Virus record (IMG/VR): IMGVR_UViG_3300020045_008339 | Strand: one strand, 5' to 3' | Length of the DNA: 64,000 nucleotides | DNA from: an uncultured virus (IMG/VR IMGVR_UViG_3300020045_008339) | Taxonomy: Duplodnaviria > Heunggongvirae > Uroviricota > Caudoviricetes | In this document: positions 49,543-61,500 of the stretch, in pieces | Layout of the letters: the number at the start of each line of letters is the position of its first letter | Numbering within the stretch: position 1 is the first letter of the stretch | Made by a program: the position numbers and the translations under genes | Notes under the pieces: generated by a model | Database searches by the model: none | Told to the model about the DNA's origin: nothing | The model's input: the letters and a program-made list of their open reading frames with translations, nothing else

Positions 49543-52500
49543 TTCAATTTGTTTATTAAGTCCTGAATGGATGTGCTTGATGAAATCTTTGTTTGCAAGG
49601 CATTGGCCTTGTTCGCATATTCCTGCAATTTAGCTGCCCTTTTCTTTTCAGCATCATTAACAGGGTTGTCAATTTTTTTGGCTGCATCCTTTACATCTTC
49701 CGTGGTAGTGCCAACACCTTTTTCCGCAGCATCATCAGTAACCATTGAATTGCTCTCGGTATTAACCATTATTTTTTTCTTCCTTACCTGCTTTTCAGTC
49801 ATTAAGCCATCCGTGAAGAAAGAAGAGAAATCGCCATCCCTTAACACCTTCAACAGTTTGCCAGCATTAAGGGCAACACCTGCATCGTGCATAAGTTCCT
49901 GCCACATCCTTGTAGCTAATCCAATGGCTTTTTTTACGTCATTGTTATTGGAGGTGGACTTAACTGCATTCAGTTCATGCATTACCCTTGCTACGGCAAC
50001 TATTTTCTTAATGGTATCAACATTTATTTTTCTCAAATGGTCTAGCAATGCAGGAGCCCAGGTTCCAGCTTCATTGCCCCATTTCTCCTTTGCCCACTCA
50101 ACTATGGAGTTGCCATCGTTCACAAGTCCTGCCATATGGGTTACTGCATATTCCTGATTGCCGTATTCCAAATTGTCGAATACGTTCTCCAATGTAATCT
50201 TTGACCTGTAGTTCTCAACTTCTGTTTCTGATGTTGTTATTTTAAGGTTCTTGATAAAATCATCATCCACGTTTGAAGGGTTTGGGGTTTCAATTTCCTC
50301 TTCTTCTCCAACCGGAGCAATGTTTTCACTGTCTGGTGGAACTGCCTCTTTGATAGCTTGTTTTTTCTTGAAGACATAATTATCTATTGTTTCCATCAAT
50401 GGAGCAAAGCCCACTGATTTTTTTATGAGGCTAATTTTAGCATCGTTACTGTAATTGGCCAGCACGTCCATAATAATGGGCTGTGCCTTTTCCCATCCAA
50501 GACGGGCAAGCCTCTTGTTGAAATTTGCTTTGCTGCCAAACCTCTGTGTTACTGCTTTGAGGAAATCGTCCACACCCAAATCGGTAATGAAGGCATAGTT
50601 GGCAAAAGCATTGATTATACTATCCTCTTTGCTGCTACTATCACTTAAACCCATGTTTTCATTAACCACAGTTGCAGCAGCATTGTAAGTGTTTTCTGGT
50701 TCAAGGAAACCTTGCTCTGAATAGGATGCTGTATTGTATTGGCTACTAACCTGAACATAATCCAACATTTCTATATCAGCAGCCCTCAACCTACCCTTCA
50801 ACGCTTGCATGTCCTTTTCAGCTTCCTTTACATTACCAAACACTATAACTCCATTTGCACCGTAAGTAGTTACAAGCGTTGTGATGGTTTTATAAGCCTT
50901 ACTAACGTTTCCTTTAATTGTATTGATTGGTAATGAAACCTTGCCTAATATATGATTTCTTCGGCTTATGAGTAAAACTTCTGGTTTGCCCCCAGCACCG
51001 TACTTCCTTGAAGTAAGGTAAGCAGCCACATCCTGCGTTGAAAATATTTTTGCTGGATTATATCCCCTCAAAAATGCAATCCTGTCAAACGAGTGCACAG
51101 CAACTTCATTTGTTTCACCACTTGTAGCCCTCTTTAATGTTGGGTCGTAAATATCTTCATCAAAAGTTGCATAGTTACCACTGGTCAGGTTCATGATAAT
51201 AGCTTCCAGTTCTGCAATATCTTCAAGGGCTTCCTTCAACCTGCCAAACATGCGGTGGTCTTGGTCAGATGGTTTGAGGTTTCCTGATGGATGGTTATGC
51301 ACGAATACAACCTTTACAGCTTCTTCCGCTATAGCTGTATTCACAATAACCTTTGGCTCTACCATTACACCTGTTTGAATACCTGTACCAAGATGCTGTG
51401 TAAAGTAACTGCCATCCTTACGGATGAATACAGCATAAGCATTTTCCACGCCCTGCGTTTCAAGGTTCCTGAACAACCAAGCCACATCTGCATGGCTCTC
51501 TATTTTTTCAGTACCAGAGAACATTAAATGCTTCTGTTCACTAAACTTCCTTTCGATAGTTACGAAGTCACCATTGGTAGCTTGCAATTTTGTAGGTGTC
51601 TGCAAGTCCATAACATTGAACATTAAACCCTGAACATACTGCAAACCTTCTTCTTCTAGTGAAGTGTCAACTTCTGTATTTTCATTATCCTTGTACTTCG
51701 CAATCTTGGCATCCTGTTCCAATTTAAGCTGTGCCTTTATAGTGTTATCTATAGTGGCCAGTTCAGCTATTTTACTGTTCAGTTCCTCCATGCCGTCAAC
51801 ATCGTTGCCATCTTTATCCTGTACAACAAAAGGAATTTTGGATTGTGCTTCATAAACAGGTACATCTTTTTTCTTTTCAGCAATAATGCTTTTACTGTAA
51901 TCAACATTTTCCTGTAAATCCTCAAAAGATTTACGAAGCCTTATGCCTAAAGAAATATCGTTGGAAGATGCTGTGAACTTGTCAATTTCCACACCGTCCA
52001 ACATTAACTGCAAGTCATTGTAAAAAGATTTGTTCCTGTCGTCATACTGTACTGTAGCGATAATGTCAACACCATTCATCTTGGCAACATTAAATGATTT
52101 TCCCACAGATGTTTTAGCAGTCCTATCTTTCAAAACTTCCAGTATTTCCCTAGCTATAAAAGTCTGCCTCTGTATTTTCTTGCCATTCACCACAGCACTC
52201 TGCATGATTTGCTTTTTGCCTACACGAAGGGTTGAAACCTTGTCTTCCTCTTTCTCCTTTTTCTTTTCTTCATCGGTTTTTGGCTCTGGCTTGTACTCTT
52301 CATTCAGTTCAGAAAGACGGGCAATTGCAGCTTCCTTACGTTCAATCAATTCCTGCCTGTACTCAATAATCCTCCTATCATTGTTCACTGCACTTTCAGC
52401 AGAATACTTCTTACGCTGCCATGCAGTAAAACTTTCGTTCAATTTTTGAACCTCTTTAGTAAGTACAGCTTTTTTCTTGAAGATGGGGTCGCCTGAAAGT

Positions 52501-55500
52501 TCTGCGGCCATTGCTCCCATATCAACATCATCTTCCGCAATATCCTTCATCCTACGCTGTATAGCACCACCCAATTTTAACTGTGCAATGAACTTAGCTT
52601 TAGTATTCACCAATTCGTACATTGATGCATCCAGTGTACGCTCCGTAGCATAGTAATAAGCCTGTACCTTATTGTCACGGTGCATCTTCGCCATTATGTT
52701 CATCTGGCGTTCAAACCTGCCGTTCCTCTGTTCCAAGTCAGCAGGTTTCCAAGTAATATCAAGATGGTGGCCAGCGATTACCCTCTTCTGTACATTCACG
52801 CCAACACCCATTTTACGGGTACTGCCAATAAGTACACGAACATCACCATTGTTTACCCTCTCATAAAGTTTTTCCCTCTTGCTCCTACTGTCATGGTCAT
52901 GGATAAACTCTATTTCTTCTGGGGCAATACCCAATTCTATAAGCGATTTTTTCAAGGCATTGTAAACATCAAAACGTACAGCAGTATTAGCCTCACGCAC
53001 AAGGTTGTCAAAGTCGGCCTCCGTAATGTCAAGGTACTTACCTGTACCATCATCTTCTTTGGCAAGCAGCTTCGTTTTTATTTGGGAAAGTGCAGGCTTT
53101 TTACCCCCTTCGCCAAAACTCTCACCAAACACTTCTATCATTTCTGTATCACTAAGCATCCCTTCATCTTCCAAGAAATTGTAAAGGTTAGTAACCTGGT
53201 CTTTTGTCTTTGGAGTGCCAAGGTCACAGAAAACAAGTTGAGTGCCCTTGTATGGCGTTGAATCAACGTACTCTTCCAATATGTTACGGGCAGCAGCTTC
53301 TATCTTGCTTCCCTCGCCTGCATCCGCATCTATCAAACGTGGGTCAACGGAAAGTTTCTTTGCAAAAGTTGTGGCCAGTACAGCGTAGGAAGGATTAACA
53401 CCCTTTTGTTCATCATAGCCATTTTCAAGTCCTAGAGTTTCCTTGTAAGCGTTACCCTTTGTTGCAATGTATTCCTGCAACATGCCTATGTATTCCAATT
53501 GGGAATTGGTAGGCTCAATCTTAACCAGTGTATGAATGGCTTTTGGCCTATCAAGTACAATGTTGTTTGCATTGCGTACATCCGCAATTTCCTGATACAT
53601 GGTTATAAGTTCAGGTAAGTTCACAAACTGCCTGAACCTGCTTACCTCTTTGAACCTGCCCATGTAATATTCAAGGTCGGTAAAGTCCTCTGCAAAAAGA
53701 GCAGCCCACTGATCAAAAGTCCTTATGCCTAATTCAAGCATCTTGTTTGGACGGAGGTACTTGAACAAAAGGTACAGTTCGGCCATTGTGTTTGATATAG
53801 GCGTACCCGAAGCGAACAGGATACCTTTGTCGCCACCGTTAAGATTTTGCAGGTAACGGCAAGATATAAGCATGTTGAACGCCCTCTTACTGCCTATCAT
53901 GTTACCTAAGCCACGCACATTCCTTTTCTTGGTAATAAATTCAAGGTTCTTGAACTCTTGGCTTTCATCAACCATCATGAAATCAATACCCAACTGGCTA
54001 AAGTCCAGAATATCTTCATCCTTCTTTACATTCTTCAAATTGGCAATACGCTGCCTGTAATTGGATAGCCTATTTTCCAAACCTTTCAATTCCTTCTTAT
54101 CAGTAATGCCCCTCATTTCATCTTCAATCTCACTGCATAGTTCATCAATCAACTTAACCTGTATTTCAACAGGCATTGGGATTGCGTTAAGGTTCTCATG
54201 CGTAAGTATAATTGCGTCCCAATCGTTTGTGGCAATTTGGGAAAGAAGTCTTTTCCTGTTTTCAGGTTTGAAATCATTCTGCGAAGGGAACAGGATTTTT
54301 GCCAATGGGTAAGCCTTCCTGAACTCTGCTGCAAACTGTGGTATCTGTGATTTAAGACCTGTTATCAATGGTTTCTTGAACACACCAAGCCTCCTGCCTT
54401 CCATTGCGGTGGCAATCATCATCAATGTTTTACCAGAACCAACAATGTGGTCGGCAATACCGCCCTTCGTAGTAACAAAACGCCACACGCCATCCTTCTG
54501 GTGCGGCCTCAATTCAAAACCAAGCATACCCGGCAACTGTAGATGGGAACCATCGTACTGCCTAAGTATAGTTGTGTTGTAAACCTTATTGTAAACTTCC
54601 TGTATATTATTACGGATGGTTTCATCTTCGTACTTCCATTGGTCCCATAGGTTGCGTAGCTTCTTATAGTTGTCTTTAGCTACTGCTGTATCGGTTTCAT
54701 CAATATAAGTCTTACCTTCCCTGTCTGTGTACTTGACAATTGGCTCTATACCATTAAGGGCATGTTCAACAATCCACGAAGCCTTCTTTCTTGAAGTGGA
54801 AAAAGCATCGCTCTTTGCTGATTCACTCATACTAACAGTATAACTATCATTGCTCCTTGAGTAACGTATCATCAAAGAATTGTCACTCATAACATGCTGC
54901 AAGAACTGTTTCAGGAACGCAGTTGGCAACCAACGGGCATTCATTGGGCTGTAAATATCTATAGCCTCAATATCTGCTGGCTGCACTTTCTGCAATTCCG
55001 AAACATTATGCTCCATCCTTGCATCTTTCGCCTCCTGTAGCTTCTGTTTGACATTGCCAGACAGATATTCCTCTCTACTTACAAAAGTATTATTAGGCTG
55101 CTCGAATATAGCACCACCCTCCCTAGTTTCATCAATCAACACTTGCTCTGCAGATTTACCAAGCAGTTCCCCAATCCTGTGCAAATTGAGATTGCCAAAC
55201 TCTTCAAGTGACACCAATATTGCATCATGCACATTATCAACCTTGTCAAGTTTTTTAACTGGTTTGATAGTACGCTGTGTGAAAACATCAGAAGGAACAT
55301 AGCGGCCGCTTTCATCTTTCTTTTCCAATGCAAGGATGGTCCACTGGTCAGCATCCTGCTTAACAAGTGTGTAATTATCCTTTGCATTCAAACGGCCAAA
55401 CTGCTTAACAAAATCGTCGTAAACACCTTTGAGAGCCTTTCTTGTATTGGTTACGGCAAAATCGTTGTAGCCATTAAGTTCCTGATAGAACAGTTTATTT

Positions 55501-58500
55501 ACAAAAGCCCTTATCTTGGTAAACAGTGGGGCCTTTTCCCTTTGCTCCTTTCCGAGCCTCAATTTTTCAACTGCACGAATATTGAACATGTCAGCAGACA
55601 ATCCAACACTTTCAAGTTTTTCTGAATCAACAACCCCGTCCCTGATACGGTCAGGATTTATACCTGCCGCCCATGCTTTTGCATCCAGTTCCTCGTCCTT
55701 GTAAATATCACCAGTAACCCTACCTACATCACCAGAAGGGAGTACAACGATATTGCCTATCTTATCGTACTCTTCATTATTTACATAGTCGCTGGTTTCT
55801 TTTTTTACACGTTCGTTTTTTTGCTTCTGTTCCTCTGTGAAAAGTTCTTTCGTGAATATCTTGCCAATAGCTGTGTTGATGGCAGATTCAAGGTCAACAC
55901 CTTTTCCTGAAAGGTTGAAGCTGTCATTTGAATAGAGGCCACCCAACTCAACCTTTCCAAGCATCATATCTGGATTGATATGGAAATATGAATTGTACGA
56001 TACTGGCGTACCATTAATGGTAGTTGATTTTGATTTTACAAAAGACTGGTCAAGTATTTTTGTTTCGCCAATATCATATTTGCGGATGAAGATAATATCT
56101 GCAACAACCTCCGTTCCTGCCGCAGCTTTGAATGTTGTGTCTGGCAAACGTATAGCACCAATCATTTCACCTTGCTCCGCAATCAGTTCCCTTGTTTCCT
56201 GACTTTTGGAACTGTCCATCGTTCCCTTTGAAGTAACGAAGGCAACAACACCACCCGGCCTAACAAGGTCAAGCCCTTTTGCAAAGAAATAATTGTGTAT
56301 GCTTTTTGATGCAGACTGGTAGCGTTTGTCCTTACTTGCAAACATTGGGTCGAAAACTGATGTGCTGCCAAAAGGCACATTGGAAACAACAATATCGTAA
56401 TGGTTTTCTGGCAACCTTGCATCCTGCAAACCTTTGATATGAACATCGGCTAATGGATAAAGCTGCTTGAGCAACCTACCTGTAAGTTCATCAATTTCAA
56501 CGGCAGTTATTTCAGAGTTGGAAGACATTGCCTGTGGCATGGCAGCAATGAAGTTTCCCTTACCTGCGGAAGGCTCAAGGAAAGAACCACCCTTGAAGCC
56601 AGCAAGTGCAAGACCGTGCCATATAGATTTGGTAACAACGTGAGGCGTAAAGTGGGCATTGAGAACGCCAGCCTTTATCCCCTTCAACAAACCCTTTGCT
56701 CCTGTAGGGTCGAACAATTTAATTGCATCATGAACAGCTTGCACCTTGTCACGGTAGCGTTCATCAATTTCTTTCCATCCTTTTTCTGCTGGGTCTAACA
56801 GTATTTCTTTAAGTCCACCAAAACCAACATATTTGGCAAGCACAGATTGTTCATCAGGATTTGCCAATCTACCTGTTGATTCCAAATCAAACAAAAGTTT
56901 CAATGCTTCAATATTATTATTGAACATTATATTTTTGTTCCAAGTGGATTGCTCCTTAAAGTCTGTAGGGATGGTGTAATTCATAAGCCGAACTGCTGCG
57001 TTGTTTCCGGCCAAGCTATTTCCCTCGCCTCCGATTGGTTCAGTCCTGATGCTATCAGCATTTCCATTTTCTGGCTGTACTCCTTCTCCGCTTTCTGTAC
57101 TGTTGCTATCAGTTTTCCCTCCCCTTTCAGTTGGTCGTACAGTGGTTTTTTGTAATCCTTTATCAGGTTTAGCAGCATCGTTCCGTCTGTTCCCAGACTT
57201 TCCGCTTCCTCCTGACTGTTCTGTATCACCTTGTAATGTGCCATCGTCGTTTGGTTTAAATATTTCATCGTACCTTTTCTCAAACAGTACCATTAAATTT
57301 TGTTTCTCCGCCTTGCTTCTTGCTTCACTAGGTAATTCTATACCAAGAATCCTTTCCAATGGTTGTGAATAATACCTGTTATTCCATGCACCCGTAACAC
57401 TGGAATCATTAACAAGCCCTTCAAAATTACGGGTAACAAAATTGTTTACCATCGTGTACAGGTACTTTGGCAAATAATCAAAATCCCTTGTGCTCAAAAA
57501 TTCCTGCTTAACAAAATCAGCAATCGTATCAACATCAGGCGACTTCAAAATATCCAGTGCATCAATTTTGTTGCCTTCCTGATAGTTGGCAAGGACACCG
57601 CTTACTACGCTATCCAGTTTTTCCTGCCACGCCCACTCTATACCTGGCCTTTCATAAATGGTATTATAAACATCCGCAACCATTTCGGCCACCAGTTCAT
57701 CACCATTGGGCAATCCTTCCTGTGCAGCCCTACGCTGCATGTAATCAAAGAACAATAGATGCTGGGCTTCCTGTGCATCCTGTGCAGCCATATCAATCTG
57801 GTCTATCCTTTTTTGGATAGCTTGAGCAGCAAGTTCCAATTCCTTCTTTTCATCCTTGTTACGGGTAGCCTTCTGCTGGGAAACAAGTTCCTTCAATTCC
57901 TTTTGCAACGGCTCCACTTTACCCTGATGCTCTGCAATAAATTCATCGTTCACTTCATTTATCGCAGAAACATTCCTGTCCAGCATTTCCACAAGAGGAG
58001 GAGCAACAAATTTGTACTCACCTTCTTCAAACATTTCTGTTTGGGCTGATGGTTTGCCCTGAATACGTTCCAGTTGCTTGTAAAGGCTATTCAGTTCATT
58101 TTTGATTTTTTGCACAGCCCCTTTCTCACGCTTGGTTGCAACCTCTCTTTGGGTAAGGTCAATCTCTGCACTAAATAACTTTTCATTTGCATTTCCTTCG
58201 GCAGTGGCTCCAAACAAATCAGGAGTGGAATTTGAAATAGTTTTTTCAAGGGACTTGATTTTAGTTTTCAGTTTCTTCTCTGCCGTAGCAAGCTGCTTCT
58301 GTTTTTCATCAATCATGGCCATTACAGCCTTTTCCTCATTGGTCAGTCCAGATAACCTACTGACTTCCTGTTCTGCTGTATCTCCTTCGAGTTCTCCACC
58401 AGTTCCTTCAAGGCTTCCTTGTCCCCCTGTTTCCTCTGGTTGTTTTTCTCCTTTATCTGTAGAGATATTCTCTCCAACCCATCCAGCAAGGAAGAGTTGT

Positions 58501-61500
58501 TTTTCTGTGTCGTTAAGTTCGTTGTCATTTTCTATTAGGTTTTTTATCTCTGCCTGTTGTGATTCCGTTAAGCCAAACTGTAATTTTTCTCCTTCGCTAG
58601 ATTCCAATATAACGGGCTTATTGTTATTTTCCGAATTATCGAAAACAACAACTGAAACATCTGGGAACTGCTTAAGAAAATCAATCCTGCCATCCTGTGC
58701 ATTGGTGGCCCTTATAAAGTATTCAAGACGTACTACTCTTCTATCCTTGCCCTTATGATACCTCTTAATGATGTTGGCGAAGGCTTGTGTCGGTACATTG
58801 TAAACAAGATTTACATGAACCGCTTTGCCGTTACCAGTTGCTTTCTCAACAAAGGTAACCAATTTTTCGTTATCAGTAAACACACCGTCCCAAACGAAAG
58901 ACCTATCAGCCTTTGCACCTGTCATTACAGATGATTTGCCCACACCGGGACCACCAATAACAAACGATACTGCATCATAGTCTGGTGAAGTAATCAACTT
59001 GTCATATACGGAGTTTAAAATAACTGCCATATCATAGTTGTACTTTTCTGGAAAGGCTGCATCATAGTCTGGTATGAAAGTCCTGATTTTATCAGGGTCG
59101 GCCACGCCTTCAAAAGAAGCAAGGTAATTATCTACAACTTCGTTATGTTGTCCTTCGGTAAGGAGGAACTTTTGTCCTTTAGTTTTTTCGTTGCCATCGC
59201 CAACAGGTTTGCCATCAGTGTTTTCCTTACTTCCTTCGGGAACTTTACCATCATCTGGTAAAACGGTATCGTCCTCCTGTTCGCCTTGAATGTCGTTGTC
59301 GGTTGTTTCATCAATTAATGCTTTAATGTTATCAATAACTTCATCTGGGAATGCTGCTGCAAACTGTTCATCAAATTCTTCCCTATTTGCTTTGTAATCT
59401 TCCTGAAAATTTTCTGGGAAAAATTCATTATCAAAACCTTCATCAAACCTTTCTGTCATGAACGCTTCAAAGTTCACAGGCCATTGCTCTGGTATTTCAT
59501 CAAAGGCACGTTGAGGCTCAAATTCTCCCCACACAAGCAGTTCATCTTCTGGCATTTCATCAACAACTTCCGCAGCTTCTTCCTGAATATCCATGTACGC
59601 CTCAATAGGAACACCTATACGGTTATTTGTCTTTCCTGCACGTTGCACGAAATCAATATAGCCGCTATTGTACTGCCCTTCCAATGCATCAAGCACATCA
59701 AAAGAATGGGCATTGGGTTTTCTTTTGGCAATAGCCTTCAACCCTGAACGTACATAAGTTGCAGGGATACCCAAATCAACCTTGGGCTCAAATTTATCTG
59801 AATCGTTAAGTGAACGCTCCAATTGTGGAAGGAAGGAATTGTAAAAAGACTGGAACTCTTCCGACCTGTTTTCAAGACCAGCACGTTTGCTAGTATCACT
59901 TTCCATCTTTACTGATGGACGTTTCATTTTTACGCCAGCTTCATCAACAATATCAAAGTTCCTTTTACCACCTTTGCCAGACCTTGTTCTTATGGTGTCT
60001 GTATATTTAATGGTTGCACCTATTTGGTTTGCCAAGTCATTGGCTTGCTTCTCAATCTGTGAAAGTTTTTTTGTTGCATTAGCAGGTGTCCTCCTGTGTT
60101 CATCACGCAGGTTCATCAACGTGCTAATAGTAGCATCGTTTTCGTTTGACAAAATATCGTCCAGTAAATCCTCTGCTTTTGAAACAGAAGAAGGAGTGCC
60201 GTTACCAGCACCACCTTCTGTTTTTTCTAGTGGCCCCTTTTGCTGCCCCCCGTCCTTCCCCCTACCATTCTGGTTGCTGGGTTCTTGGTTGGGTAACTGC
60301 TGCTGGGACCTCCGGGCTTCTTGGTCACTGTCGCTTTCGGACTGCTGCTGCCTTTGCCCATTTTGGGTTTGATTCCTGCCATGACTGTTGGTTTTTGATG
60401 AAGAAATATGTTCTAAAAGTTTTCTTGATGTATCTAATTGATCTTGAATATCGCTCTTTTTACCACCGTCTTTATACTCTACACCTCCCTTGAACTTAGT
60501 TAATGCTTTTTCAAGTAAATTAATATTTTCTTTAAGTTGTTCAATCTTTGCTTTCTTTTCAACATCGGTCGAAGAATTAAAATCTAATAATGATTGTTTT
60601 ACACTTTCATCACCCGGATTAGCACTGGTATCTTCTGGGTTCAGTTCAATAGGATTGCTTATATCTTCTGGCTCACCCCTGATAATACTATTAACGCCAG
60701 CTATAAGTGATGTATCGTCAATAGGAAGTTCCTCCGGACGCTCTGTTATAATCTCCAATTCTTCTGGGGTGAAACTGTCAAGGAAACTATCCACAAGTTC
60801 CGTTCCCCTTACTTCTTCACTGGCCAATATTGTAGCAATATCATTTCGCCTTCCATCAATCTTGTCTGCTGCACTTTGGGCAACTACCTTAACATCATCG
60901 TCTGCCACACCTACATTTCTATTTGCAGAAGGATTGATAATAGCATTCTGTATGGCCAATGCCTCTTCCGTATCCTGATTGATAATATCAATTTGTGACT
61001 GCAATGGTTCATCTGCAATAAGTTTGTTATTATGCCTTATACGGTACTCCTGTGCAGCAAGTGTTGCAGCCTCCTTTTGTGTCAAAGGAACTTCCACTCC
61101 ATCACGAATTTTTGTTGTTGGCATTTTGCTTACAATCTTCTCCATCGTGTTTACCGCACGGATATTCCTGTCAGCTTCTTCCTGTGTTATTTCGCCAGTA
61201 GCCAAACTCTTATTAAAATACGCCCTATAAGTATCAGGGTTCATGCCAGCTTCAAAAAGGCTTTCCTTCAATATATTGCTCCTGTCACGTCCCCTTCTCA
61301 TGCCAGCACCGAAACCAAGGCCCATTGTTCCAATGGCTGTTTGCACAAATGTTTCAAGCATACTGTTACCAAGTTCGCCCGGCGTTGTATCCTTTCCAAG
61401 CATAACCTTATCGGCAATGGCAGTAATTGGGATGGGTACAAGTTCCTCCGCAGATTCTTCGGCAATAACAGAGAGAGCAGTCTTGCTACCTGCTTTTAGG